NCBI GenBank assembly: GCA_964344285.1
Contig: CAYFMM010000003.1
Location: 67,072-131,071, forward strand
DNA from: an uncultured Methanosarcinales archaeon
Lineage (GTDB): Archaea > Nanobdellota > Nanobdellia > Woesearchaeales > GW2011-AR9
Direction of reading: 5' to 3'
Length of the DNA stretch: 64,000 nucleotides
How positions within the stretch are numbered: the first letter of the stretch is position 1; each line of letters begins with the position of its first letter. The translations under genes were made by a program, and so were the position numbers. Under the pieces are notes generated by a model. That model saw nothing but the letters and a program-made list of their open reading frames with translations. It did no database searches and was not told the DNA's origin. Positions 18,917 through 28,790 of this stretch are shown here, one piece after another.

Positions 18917-20588
18917 TGCTTAATTTATGAGATTGCTCATATTTAAATACTTCTATTTGATGTAATGTATGATGACTTACAACTACGAAGTTTTTTTGAA
19001 GTAGGTCTTTATAATAGGTGTCTGTATTCCGCGATAATATAAGCCAGAAGTGTTGTTCATGTTGAAGTGTTGTAAGAAGTTCTTGACTGGCAATTGATTT
19101 TTTGTTTCGTTTACCTTGAGACCAAGTAAGAGGCAATTTTCTATAATCAAAAGATTCTGACATGTAAAAATCCAAAAGGAAGTTGCTAGAAAAACCCCCT
19201 CTATCAAGCAAAATTAAAGGCGGTTTTTGAGTAGATAACGGACCAGAGATAGAATCTGCTGAAGAATAACTTTCTTGGATTAAAGTAGATGCCTTTTGCC
19301 ATTGCGGTTTTGTTGTTTGTTGGTAGTAGGTTACAAGTGCAATTGTGTTAGTTAAAAGAATTGCGATAAGAATAATTATAGCAATTAACTTTGGGTAAGA
19401 AATATTAGATCTTTTAAAAATGGATTTTTTCCCCTCAACATTTTTTATCTTCGAAAATAAAAGAGCAGTAAGAAATTTTGCCATGAGTAAGTAGATTAGA
19501 GGAACAAGAAAATACGAATGCCTAATGAGTGCATAAGAATATATTATTGGGCGACGAATGAGGTTTAATCCAAATATGTTTAAAGAATTAAAAGTGAGAT
19601 AAAGATATAACATAAGAGCGATGAGAATTATTACCAAGGAAGTCCAAGGGAGTGCAGGGTGCTGCAAGAGTGATTTAAAAGAAATTGATTTTTGAAAGTA
19701 GGAGATCATTTTTTTTTTGAGGAGTACGGGAATTAGTGCTACTAATAACAACAATAATACAGGCACAAGCCAAAGAATAGGGCCAAGTTGTGCAAGGAAA
19801 GAAGGCACACCTTTAGCAGTAAGTATTGTAGCTGCTCCATTAATTGAAGTCATAAATTGTGTAATGATTAGGGGCAATAAAGGTAGGCTAAGTAAAACAA
19901 TAAATAGCAAAGAGATAAGCCATTTTTTCCAGGAAATTAATTCTTTAAACCATAAGCTTAGAAGAATAAACAAGAGGAGTAAAGGTCCTGTCATGTAGTT
20001 TGTGTAAAATGCAAGAACCATAGTTATGATAAAAAAAATGTAGTAGAACCATAGTTTTGAGTTAGAAGATTTTGAGTTAGAGGAATTAGAGGAATAAAGT
20101 ATTTTTACAAAGAAATACCCTGCAAGTAAAGTTAAAAAACCATAAAGTGCGTAGAGGCGTGCTTCTTGTGTATAGAGAACTTGTAACATTGAAGTTGCTA
20201 AAAAAAGCGTTGCAAGCAAAGCTGTTGTTGATGCATGTCGTGAGGTTTTTGCAGGAAGTGCTTTTGCTAAATAAAAGATTACAATAATTGCAGCAACCCC
20301 AAAAAGGGCTGAGAGTAAACGTACTGTAAATGTAGAAGTTCCAAACAATTGTATCCAGTAGTGAAGCAACAAATAATGTCCAAGAGGAGCTCCTTCAGTT
20401 GCAGCAACACCCAAGACTAGTTCATCAAAGGACGAAGAAGATGCAATTTGCAAAGAATATGCCTCATCTGTCCAAAGATTCTCTTGATCTAAGTGATATA
20501 AGCGTAAAGTTGTCCCTAATAAAAGAATTAAAATTAAGAGCAAAGTGGTATTTTTAAGATACAATGATAGTTTAGAGTTTGGTTTCAC
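18825..20588 (-). CDS. ArnT/PMT-like GT-C glycosyltransferase (family 39/83-like)
   Basis: N-terminal signature LYHLDQENLWTDEAYSL (the ArnT/PMT DE-motif loop) in a ~13 TM protein with a C-terminal soluble domain. Confidence 0.6.
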   Translation of the reverse strand: MKPNSKLSLYLKNTTLLLILILLLGTTLRLYHLDQENLWTDEAYSLQIASSSSFDELVLGVAATEGAPLGHYLLLHYWIQLFGTSTFTVRLLSALFGVAAIIVIFYLAKALPAKTSRHASTTALLATLFLATSMLQVLYTQEARLYALYGFLTLLAGYFFVKILYSSNSSNSKSSNSKLWFYYIFFIITMVLAFYTNYMTGPLLLLFILLSLWFKELISWKKWLISLLFIVLLSLPLLPLIITQFMTSINGAATILTAKGVPSFLAQLGPILWLVPVLLLLLVALIPVLLKKKMISYFQKSISFKSLLQHPALPWTSLVIILIALMLYLYLTFNSLNIFGLNLIRRPIIYSYALIRHSYFLVPLIYLLMAKFLTALLFSKIKNVEGKKSIFKRSNISYPKLIAIIILIAILLTNTIALVTYYQQTTKPQWQKASTLIQESYSSADSISGPLSTQKPPLILLDRGGFSSNFLLDFYMSESFDYRKLPLTWSQGKRNKKSIASQELLTTLQHEQHFWLILSRNTDTYYKDLLQKNFVVVSHHTLHQIEVFKYEQSHKLSNDKHSDDSSVLPLHMGAGPYSNLLVEPSNN

Positions 20589-20707
20589 TTAGAAAAATAA
20601 ACCATAAAATTCAGGTTATAAATGTTATGAATGTAAAGTGTAAAAAAGACATTGTCACCCTTATTTTGATTCAAAAAACATATAAACGCATGATTATTAG
20701 TCAGACT

Positions 20708-21766
20708 ATGTCTTTTAGTTGGTTGAAATATGTGCTCCAAGCAATGGGGATTGCTATTTTAGTTGTTTTTCTTACAACAATAAGTAAGGAGAATTTAACT
20801 GGAGGTATGAGCAGAATTAACATCTTATTGTTAAGCGGAATTATTATTCTAACGTTATTAAACTTGATTCTTAAAGGATGGAGATGGCAAATTTTGGTAG
20901 GCCTTGTTTCGGGTTCAAAAGTTAAATTACGTTTTTGTGTTTACTCAGTTATTGCTGGAGTTGCAGGAGGAAGTTTTATTCCAGGCAGAATGGAGATGGT
21001 AAAACCCATGCTTTTAAAGACGCATGAACAGATCCCCTTTGCAAAATCAGTTCCAGCAATATTAACAGAGAGAGTTCTTGACTTTGTGATGATTGGAGTT
21101 CTTTTTGTATCGGCTTTAATTCTTGTGCCATTAGATGGATTTTCAGGAAATTCAGTTGTCTCGTTAATTGTTCTCTTAATTATTGCTGTATTGGTATTAC
21201 GCTTTATTCCCCCTCTTTTTTATCAAAAAATTGCAGATTTTTTTTTACAAATTTTACCTATTAAAGGAAGATTAAAAGAGCGAGTGCAGCGATTTTTAAA
21301 ACAGTTTTTTATAACAATGCAAGAGATTCAAAAAAGCAAAAGAGGCACTATTTTGACATCATTGTCTTTAGTTGCAATCTTGTTAGAGATTACTCGTCTT
21401 GTATTTATTTTATATTCATTTGGCCTAAATGTCACACTGCCTTCTGTAGTGCTTGCATTTAGTGCAAGTGTTTTTATTAGTATTCTTAGTCTAATTCCTG
21501 GAGGAGTGGGGATTAGTGAAGTTTCATTGTCAGGCATCTTGCATAATCTTAACCCTACTGCTTCTGGGGGCTTAATTAAGAGTGCAATTATTACAAATCG
21601 CTTTTTTGCATATTATTTGTTAGTGTTAATTGGAGTTGGGTTGATTTTTGGGCTCTCACGCCACAAGAAGCTTATTGAGCAATCTTCTGTGAAGGCAGAT
21701 GAGAAAACCAATAAAGTTGAGGGAGTAGATAATACTAAGATACAAAAGGACCTAAAAGAAGATTAG
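20708..21766 (+). CDS. flippase-like membrane protein (UPF0104 / lysylphosphatidylglycerol synthase TM region family)
   Basis: Polytopic membrane protein immediately upstream of a DPM1/ArnC-like GT2. Start placed at the internal Met MSFSWLKY. Confidence 0.5.
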   Translation: MSFSWLKYVLQAMGIAILVVFLTTISKENLTGGMSRINILLLSGIIILTLLNLILKGWRWQILVGLVSGSKVKLRFCVYSVIAGVAGGSFIPGRMEMVKPMLLKTHEQIPFAKSVPAILTERVLDFVMIGVLFVSALILVPLDGFSGNSVVSLIVLLIIAVLVLRFIPPLFYQKIADFFLQILPIKGRLKERVQRFLKQFFITMQEIQKSKRGTILTSLSLVAILLEITRLVFILYSFGLNVTLPSVVLAFSASVFISILSLIPGGVGISEVSLSGILHNLNPTASGGLIKSAIITNRFFAYYLLVLIGVGLIFGLSRHKKLIEQSSVKADEKTNKVEGVDNTKIQKDLKED

Positions 21767-21829
21767 AACATATGATTTTCTGGTTATTTTTACATAAGCT
21801 TTTTAAACCGAGTAAATGTATATTTTTCT

Positions 21830-22555
21830 ATGAAACGCGTATCTATTGTAATTCCTTGTTATAATGAAGAAGATGGGATCCATCATTTAGCTGCTGAGTT
21901 AAAACCTGTGTTAGAAGAGGTGCAAAAAAAGTATGAGATCGAAGTGATCTTAGTTGATGATGGGAGTAAGGATCAGACTTTTGCAAGACTACAAGAATTT
22001 TTTACTGAAGATTATGCAAAAATTGTGCAGCACGAAAAAAATATGAATCTTGGAGCTGCACTACGTACTGGAATTAGCCACACTACTGGAGATTATGTTG
22101 TAATGATTGATAGTGATTGTAGTTTTCACCCAAGGGTAATTTTAAAATTGTTAGAAAATGTAAATGAAGATACCGACATAGTAAGTGCCACTGGGCTACA
22201 TCCTGAAGGTGGACAGCATGTAGGGACTGGAAAACATAGGTTATTTTTGAGTAAAGCAGTAGCTGGGATGTACCAATTATTATTAGGAAAAAAAGTGTAT
22301 TCACCTACTTCTATGAATAGAGTGTATAAGCGAAAGGTATTGGATAATGTTTCATTTAAAGAGAATGGATTTATGGCAGTTACAGAATTGTTAGTAAAAT
22401 CGTTGTTAAAAGGATATAGTTTTAAGGAAATTCCGTTCACAAATAAGAAAAGACAATTTGGTGTTTCTAAGATGAAATTTTCAAAAACAGCTAAAGAGCA
22501 TTTAGTGTTAATGTCAAGAATTTTAAGATATAGGTTGCAAAAAAATGAATGGTAA
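21830..22555 (+). CDS. GT2 polyprenyl-phosphate sugar synthase (DPM1/ArnC/GtrB-like)
   Basis: VSIVIPCYNEEDGI, ILVDDGSKDQT, and VVMIDSDCS (DXD). Confidence 0.7.
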   Translation: MKRVSIVIPCYNEEDGIHHLAAELKPVLEEVQKKYEIEVILVDDGSKDQTFARLQEFFTEDYAKIVQHEKNMNLGAALRTGISHTTGDYVVMIDSDCSFHPRVILKLLENVNEDTDIVSATGLHPEGGQHVGTGKHRLFLSKAVAGMYQLLLGKKVYSPTSMNRVYKRKVLDNVSFKENGFMAVTELLVKSLLKGYSFKEIPFTNKKRQFGVSKMKFSKTAKEHLVLMSRILRYRLQKNEW

Positions 22556-23291
22556 GAGTTGCTTTGAAGCAGACGATATCGAACAGTTAGGAACAGGAGA
22601 GCTTAGTAGTACTGCCATCATTTCTCCAAGAGCAAGTATTGGGAAAAATTGTAAAATAGGACATTTTGCAGTAATTAACGACAATGTAGAATTGGGAGAT
22701 AACTGTGTTGTCGAAAATAATGTGACTTTAGGCCATCCATTAGGGAACTCTCATTTAGATAAAAATTATGAAAATCCTAAGACTATTATTGGTAAAAATA
22801 GTATTATAAGAACAAATTCTGTAATTTATTGTGGAGTTAGGTTTGCAGAGAATGTTGAAACAGGGACTAATGTTGTAATTAGAGAACACAGTAGCTTTGA
22901 TTCAGGAACATTCATTAGCACACTTGCTCAGGTTCAAAATAATAGCACCGTGGGAAGGAATGTAAATATCAGAACTAATGCGCATATTACAGCTAATATG
23001 ATTATAGAGGACAATGTGTTTGTTGGTGCAGGAGTTGTGACTACGAATGACAATAAACTATTACGCAAAGAGGATAGAACTAGAATTCAAGAAAATCAAG
23101 AACAGGTGGTGTTGCAAGGTCCAGTTCTACGAAAGGGAGCAAGAGTTGGAAGTAATTGTACTATCTTGCCGAATGTTGAAATAGGAGAAGGTTCTATCAT
23201 TGCAGCAGGTTCAGTAGTACGTAAAAGCATTGGAGCACAGAGTATAGCGGGAGGTAATCCTGCAGTAACTATTCGAAAATTACAGGAATGA
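22545..23291 (+). CDS. left-handed beta-helix (hexapeptide repeat) acyl/acetyltransferase
   Basis: Multiple hexapeptide repeats and a C-terminal GGNPA motif. Confidence 0.6.
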   Translation: MNGKSCFEADDIEQLGTGELSSTAIISPRASIGKNCKIGHFAVINDNVELGDNCVVENNVTLGHPLGNSHLDKNYENPKTIIGKNSIIRTNSVIYCGVRFAENVETGTNVVIREHSSFDSGTFISTLAQVQNNSTVGRNVNIRTNAHITANMIIEDNVFVGAGVVTTNDNKLLRKEDRTRIQENQEQVVLQGPVLRKGARVGSNCTILPNVEIGEGSIIAAGSVVRKSIGAQSIAGGNPAVTIRKLQE

Positions 23292-23301
23292 ATAAAAGGG
23301 T

Positions 23302-23721
23302 ATGAGAAGAAACAATATGAATTTTGCTACAGGAGTTGACATAGAGTTAATAGAGCGTTTTGAAAAAATATCATATGAAGAAAAAAGGGCTTTTTATGAT
23401 CGAGTGTTTACGCAACAAGAGCAGGAGTATTGCATAAAAAAAGCAAAACCAAGCCAACATTTTGCTGTACGTTTTTGCGCTAAAGAAGCAGTGATTAAAG
23501 CGTTAGGAGAATTTGGAGAGATTGTTGATGCACGAGAAATTGAGATTATTAAATCAGAGATAAATGTTCCAAAAGTAGTAATTCATAACAAAAGAATTAA
23601 GGAGTTATTCCCAAAATTAAAGGTTAAAATCAGCTTAGCACATGCAGGGGGCAATGCAATTGCCAGTGCATTTTTATACAACGAAGGCTGTAGAGTAAAA
23701 GAAGGGGTCAGAAATGAATAA
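23302..23721 (+). CDS. acpS: holo-[acyl-carrier-protein] synthase (4-prime-phosphopantetheinyl transferase, AcpS-like)
   Basis: GVDIELIERFEK near the N-terminus. Length 139 aa. Confidence 0.6.
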   Translation: MRRNNMNFATGVDIELIERFEKISYEEKRAFYDRVFTQQEQEYCIKKAKPSQHFAVRFCAKEAVIKALGEFGEIVDAREIEIIKSEINVPKVVIHNKRIKELFPKLKVKISLAHAGGNAIASAFLYNEGCRVKEGVRNE

Positions 23722-23959
23722 AGAACAGTTAAAAGAAATTATTGTAAAAGCATTAGGAGTTACAAAGCAGTATAGTATTGAAGAATTTAAAAGATTAAGT
23801 GCCGACGATATTGAATCTTGGGATTCTATTGGACATTTACAGTTAGTCTCAGAGATTGAGAAAATAACAGGAATAGAATTGAGTATAGAAGAAGTTAGTT
23901 TAATGGATAGTGTAAGAAAAATCATTGAGATTTTGCAGGAAAAAAATATATTAGAATAA
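23714..23959 (+). CDS. acyl carrier protein
   Basis: 81 aa acidic protein with a phosphopantetheine attachment context DDIESWDSIGHLQLV (the DSx Ser). Confidence 0.6.
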   Translation: MNKEQLKEIIVKALGVTKQYSIEEFKRLSADDIESWDSIGHLQLVSEIEKITGIELSIEEVSLMDSVRKIIEILQEKNILE

Positions 23960-24006
23960 ATTTTGTGATATAAAGAAGGAGATTTGAGTAAATAAAATTT
24001 GAGAAA

Positions 24007-25551
24007 ATGAATGTAGTCAACTATTTGTTTGAAAATTCGTGGAAATCTGAGAAAAACGTAATTTTAGGCAGAGATGAAGAGATCACGTATAAAGAACTGA
24101 GTAGAAGGGTATTTGGGACTGCAAGGTTTTTGCAAGAGAAAATTGAAGAAAAAAGAACCGAGAATAAAAAAGATAAACCTCACGTAATTGTAATGGCCAA
24201 GAATTCTACTTTTTTTATAGAATCATATCTAGGAACAATACTTGCTGGAGCAATTTGTGTGCCAGTCGATATTAAGGCTTCTAAGAATAAGCTTGAAGAA
24301 ATTTTAAGGATAACAAATGCCAAACACTTATTTGTGAGTAAAAAGTGCATGCAAAGAGTTCAAGATTTTTTTTCAAAGCAGGAGTTAGAAGAGAGAAAAA
24401 TCATACTTATTGAAGAAAATGATTTAGAGAGTGAACTTAGTAAAAGTTCACATATAGATTATCAAAGAGATTTTTTTCCAACTGTGTATAATGCTAATGA
24501 TGAAGAGACAGCAGTGATTATTTTCACTTCAGGTTCTGAAGGCAAACAAAAGGGAGTGATGTTAAGCCATAGAAATATTATTGCAAACACAGACTCAATT
24601 GTTAAGTACTTAAAATTGAGTGAAAAAGATGTAATGGAAGTAGTGTTACCGTTCTACTACTGTTATGGGACTTCGCTATTGCATACGCATCTTCGTGTAG
24701 GTGCAGGATTGGTATTAAACAATAAATTTTTTCTTCCTGGTACAGTTATTGAAGATTTGAATAAGTATAAGTGTACCGGTTTTGCAGGAGTTCCAAGTAC
24801 ATTTCAAATCCTGTTGCGAGTTGCAAAAATAGACAAACATACATTTCCTTTTCTACGTTATATGACGCAAGCGGGAGGGAAATTGCCAGAAGAAATGATT
24901 AAGGAGATGATAAAAGCAATTAATCCTGCACAGTTTATTGTAATGTATGGGCAAACTGAAGCAACGGCAAGATTATCGTATCTTCCTGCAGAGTATAATC
25001 TATCAAAACTAGGTTCTATTGGTAAGGGAATTCCAGGCGTACAATTAGAGGTATTGAGTGAAGAAGGGAAACAAATTAAGGTTGGCGAGAAAGGAGAATT
25101 AGTTGCTTTTGGAGATAATGTAATGCAAGGATATTTTAAAGATATAGAGTTGACTGCAAAAATATTGCGAGAGGGAAAATTATATACAGGAGATCTTGCT
25201 ACAGTAGACGAAGAAGGGTTTATTTATATTGTAGGAAGAGGAAAACAAATTCTCAAAGTGGGAGGAAATAGAGTCTCTCCAAAAGAAATTGAAAATGTGA
25301 TTTGTATGATGCCTGAGGTTGTAAGTTGTGCTGTAATTGGAAAAGAGGATGCAATATTGGGAGAAGCAATCAAAACGTTTGTTGTATTACAAAAAGAAGC
25401 TAAAGAGAAGATTTTTGCAGAGGATATAAAAGCGTGGTGTAAAGAGAAGTTAGAGACATATAAAATTCCAAAAGAGATAATGATTGTTGAGAGTCTTCCA
25501 ACAAATAGTTATGGAAAAGTAATGATTGAAGAGTTAAAAAGATTAAAATGA
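24007..25551 (+). CDS. AMP-dependent synthetase/ligase (acyl-CoA / acyl-ACP ligase)
   Basis: AMP-binding motif IIFTSGSEGKQKGVMLSHRN and the C-terminal GDL...Y...GR region. Confidence 0.75.
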   Translation: MNVVNYLFENSWKSEKNVILGRDEEITYKELSRRVFGTARFLQEKIEEKRTENKKDKPHVIVMAKNSTFFIESYLGTILAGAICVPVDIKASKNKLEEILRITNAKHLFVSKKCMQRVQDFFSKQELEERKIILIEENDLESELSKSSHIDYQRDFFPTVYNANDEETAVIIFTSGSEGKQKGVMLSHRNIIANTDSIVKYLKLSEKDVMEVVLPFYYCYGTSLLHTHLRVGAGLVLNNKFFLPGTVIEDLNKYKCTGFAGVPSTFQILLRVAKIDKHTFPFLRYMTQAGGKLPEEMIKEMIKAINPAQFIVMYGQTEATARLSYLPAEYNLSKLGSIGKGIPGVQLEVLSEEGKQIKVGEKGELVAFGDNVMQGYFKDIELTAKILREGKLYTGDLATVDEEGFIYIVGRGKQILKVGGNRVSPKEIENVICMMPEVVSCAVIGKEDAILGEAIKTFVVLQKEAKEKIFAEDIKAWCKEKLETYKIPKEIMIVESLPTNSYGKVMIEELKRLK

Positions 25552-26645
25552 CTGCCACAAAAAAGGTAATTACAATACTTGGAACACGCCCAGAGATCAT
25601 CAAATTATCTCCCGTAATCCCATTATTAAAAGAGGAGTTTGAACACTTAATTGTACACACAGGACAACATTATTCAGCAAATTTAGATCATGTTTTTTTT
25701 GAAGAATTGCAACTACCAAAGCCAGATTATAATTTACATATTGGGTCTGGCGCTCAAGGATATCAGACTGGCAAGATGATGATTGAGTTGGAGAAGATTT
25801 TTGCAAAAGAAAAACCAGATGCAGTCGTTGTACAAGGAGATACAAATACAGCTCCTGCAGTGGCATTAACAGCTGTGAAAATGCACATCCCAATTATGCA
25901 TATTGAATCAGGCTCAAGATCATTTAAGCGAGAAATGCCAGAAGAGATTAATAGAGTAATTGCAGATCAACTTGCAGATGTCTTATTTGCAAATGATGAG
26001 ATTTGCAAAAAGAATTTACGTCAAGAAGGGATTGATGAAGAAAAGATTAAGATTGTTGGAAATACCGCAGTCGATGCACTTGAAAGGAATAAAAAATTAG
26101 CAGATGATGGGATTTTGCAAAGATTAGCTGTGAGTAAAAAAGAATATATTTTAACTACAGTGCATAGAGCAGAAAATACACAAGAGAAAAATTTACGAGA
26201 GATTATTGAAGCACTAAATGAGATTGCTGAAAAGAAAAAAATTATTTTTCCTATGCATCCGCGTACGAAAAATGCGGTGGAGAAGTATGGAATTGAAGTT
26301 TCAAAGAGAATTGTTGTTCTTGAACCAGTAGGGTTTTTAGAATTTATTGCACTAATGGACAACGCATTATTTGTGGTGACTGATTCTGGAGGAATTCAAA
26401 GAGAATGTGCAGGTTTAAATGTGCCATGTTTAGTTGTGCGTAATGAGACGGAAGCAAAAGATGTTTTTGAAGCTGGAAAAACAATATTGATAGGAAATAA
26501 GAAGGAGGGGATAGTAAGTAAGGTTGCAGAATTAATTGAGTCTCCAGAAAAGATCATAGAGATTGAAAATAAGCCTTATGTTACAAAGGAAAATATTTCA
26601 GAGAATATTGTTAAAGAGATTGCTCGTTTTTTAGAGTTAAGGTAG
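25548..26645 (+). CDS. UDP-N-acetylglucosamine 2-epimerase (non-hydrolysing, WecB-like)
   Basis: ILGTRPEIIKLSPV...HTGQH and the later VQGDTNT motif. Confidence 0.8.
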   Translation: MTATKKVITILGTRPEIIKLSPVIPLLKEEFEHLIVHTGQHYSANLDHVFFEELQLPKPDYNLHIGSGAQGYQTGKMMIELEKIFAKEKPDAVVVQGDTNTAPAVALTAVKMHIPIMHIESGSRSFKREMPEEINRVIADQLADVLFANDEICKKNLRQEGIDEEKIKIVGNTAVDALERNKKLADDGILQRLAVSKKEYILTTVHRAENTQEKNLREIIEALNEIAEKKKIIFPMHPRTKNAVEKYGIEVSKRIVVLEPVGFLEFIALMDNALFVVTDSGGIQRECAGLNVPCLVVRNETEAKDVFEAGKTILIGNKKEGIVSKVAELIESPEKIIEIENKPYVTKENISENIVKEIARFLELR

Positions 26646-26724
26646 ATGATTAGGTTGGAATGATAGGTGAATCATAGTTTCTTGTTAAACAAAGTTTATA
26701 AAGCGATTAATAGCCATTCTAGGC

Positions 26725-27807
26725 ATGATTCCAGTAGCAAAACCAATACTTGGAAAAGAGGAACAAGAGGCGGTACAAGAGGTTCTTTGTTCAGGCATGA
26801 TTGCACAAGGAGATAAGGTTACAGAGTTTGAAAAGGCTTTTGCAGAGTTTACAGGAGTTAAACATGCAATCGCAACCTCTAATGGAACTACTGCTTTACA
26901 TGTAGCATTATTGGCGCATGGGATTAAAGCAGGCGATGAGGTAATAACTACTTCGTTTTCTTTTATTGCAACAGGCAGCGCAATTAAAATGGTTGGCGCT
27001 ACACCTGTGTTTATTGATATTTCTAAAGATGGGTTTATGATTGACGTTGAAAAAATTGAAGCAGCAATTACACCAAGAACCAAAGCAATTTTGCCAGTTC
27101 ATCTATTTGGCGAGATTTGTGAGATGCAAAAGATAATGGAAATTGCACAAAAGCATAATCTTATTGTAATTGAAGATGCGTGCCAAGCTCATGGAGCAGA
27201 ACTGAGTGAGAAAAAAGCAGGTTCATTTGGTACTGGTTGTTTCTCATTTTATCCTACAAAGAACATGACAACAGGCGAAGGTGGAATGGTTACAGCAAAT
27301 GATGATGTTATTGCAGCAAAAGTGCGAAAGAAAATCAACCATGGTTCTGTGCAACGATATTATCATGACGAAGTAGGATATAATTTTAGGATGACAAATA
27401 TTGCTGCAGCTATTGGGCTTGCTCAACTTCAAAAAATAGAAGGGTTTACAGCACAAAGAAGAGAAAATGCTGCTAAATTACAGAATATGCTTTTTGCAAA
27501 GCAAGGGATTGTTCTACCTAAGGGAGTAGAAGATAAAAAACATGTATTTCACCAATATACAATTAGAGTTACTAAAGAATATGAGAAAAGTCGAGAAGAA
27601 GTAATGAAATATTTACAAGAACAAGGCGTAGGGTGTGCTGTGTATTATCCTGTGCCAATCCATAAGCAAGAAGCGTTTGCTAAGCAGAATAATCTTTCTT
27701 TACCAAATACCGAAAGAGTTGCAAAAGAAGTACTCTCTTTACCTGTGCATCCAGGACTACGTGAAGAAGATTTTAAGAGAATGCAAGAGGTGTTTAAAGC
27801 ACTATGA
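26725..27807 (+). CDS. DegT/DnrJ/EryC1/StrS family sugar aminotransferase
   Basis: PLP aminotransferase motifs ATSNGTTALHVAL and FSFYPTKNMTTGEGG. Confidence 0.8.
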   Translation: MIPVAKPILGKEEQEAVQEVLCSGMIAQGDKVTEFEKAFAEFTGVKHAIATSNGTTALHVALLAHGIKAGDEVITTSFSFIATGSAIKMVGATPVFIDISKDGFMIDVEKIEAAITPRTKAILPVHLFGEICEMQKIMEIAQKHNLIVIEDACQAHGAELSEKKAGSFGTGCFSFYPTKNMTTGEGGMVTANDDVIAAKVRKKINHGSVQRYYHDEVGYNFRMTNIAAAIGLAQLQKIEGFTAQRRENAAKLQNMLFAKQGIVLPKGVEDKKHVFHQYTIRVTKEYEKSREEVMKYLQEQGVGCAVYYPVPIHKQEAFAKQNNLSLPNTERVAKEVLSLPVHPGLREEDFKRMQEVFKAL

Positions 27808-28775
27808 TGAAAATAGCTGTAATTGGAGTTGGTTCAATGGGGCAAAACCATGCAAGAGTATTGTTTAATTTAGATGAAGCACAATTAGCTGCTGTTGCAG
27901 ATATGGACATAATATCCGCACAAAAGATTGCACAAAAATATAATGTAAAAGCGTACAAAGATTACAAAGAGATGCTTGACTTAGAGGAAATTGATGCAGT
28001 ATCTATTGCAGTGCCTACAAGGTTTCATAAAGATGTTGCTATTTATGCCCTAGAAAAAGGTAAGCATGTGTTGTTAGAAAAACCAATTGCATCAAATGAA
28101 GTAGAAGCTCAAGAGATTATTGCTTGTGCAAGAAGAAATAATTGTAAATTAATGATTGGCCATATTGAAAGGTTTAATCCAGCAATTCAAGAGCTTAAAA
28201 AAAGAGTAGAAGAGCTAGGAGAAATTTACAAAATTGATGTGCAAAGAATTGGTTCATTTCCTGCAAGAATTGCAGATGTAGGTGTGATTGTTGATTTATC
28301 TGTGCATGATATTGATATTGTAAATTACTTATTAAATTCAAGAATTAAACGGATTTATGCAGAAAAACAGCAGAAGTTACATGCATCACACGAAGATTCT
28401 GTAACTGCATTAATCACATATACAAACGATGTGTTAGCAGTATTAAACATTAATTACTTATCTCCCACTAAAACAAGGTTGTTAAAAGTGTTTGGAAAAA
28501 AAGGTATGTTTTTAGTAAATTATCTAGAACAAGAATTATTCTTTTATGAAAATTCTGGATTTTCAAGTACTGATTGGAATTCTGTACGTGAAGGAGATAT
28601 GCACAAGATTACGATTGCAAAAAAAGAGCCTTTGGTTGCAGAAATTGAGGCGTTTGTGAGATGTATTAGAGAAAATTGTGAACCTGATGTTAATGGAGAA
28701 CATGGATTAGAGGTGTTAAAAACTGCTCAAACAATCCATAAGTCAGCATATGAAAATAAAATTATTGAGTTGTGA
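27804..28775 (+). CDS. Gfo/Idh/MocA family NAD-dependent sugar oxidoreductase (WbpB-like)
   Basis: N-terminal Rossmann motif MKIAVIGVGSMGQNH and the LLEKP motif. Confidence 0.75.
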   Translation: MMKIAVIGVGSMGQNHARVLFNLDEAQLAAVADMDIISAQKIAQKYNVKAYKDYKEMLDLEEIDAVSIAVPTRFHKDVAIYALEKGKHVLLEKPIASNEVEAQEIIACARRNNCKLMIGHIERFNPAIQELKKRVEELGEIYKIDVQRIGSFPARIADVGVIVDLSVHDIDIVNYLLNSRIKRIYAEKQQKLHASHEDSVTALITYTNDVLAVLNINYLSPTKTRLLKVFGKKGMFLVNYLEQELFFYENSGFSSTDWNSVREGDMHKITIAKKEPLVAEIEAFVRCIRENCEPDVNGEHGLEVLKTAQTIHKSAYENKIIEL

Positions 28776-28790
28776 TAGGTGTTGTAAAAA

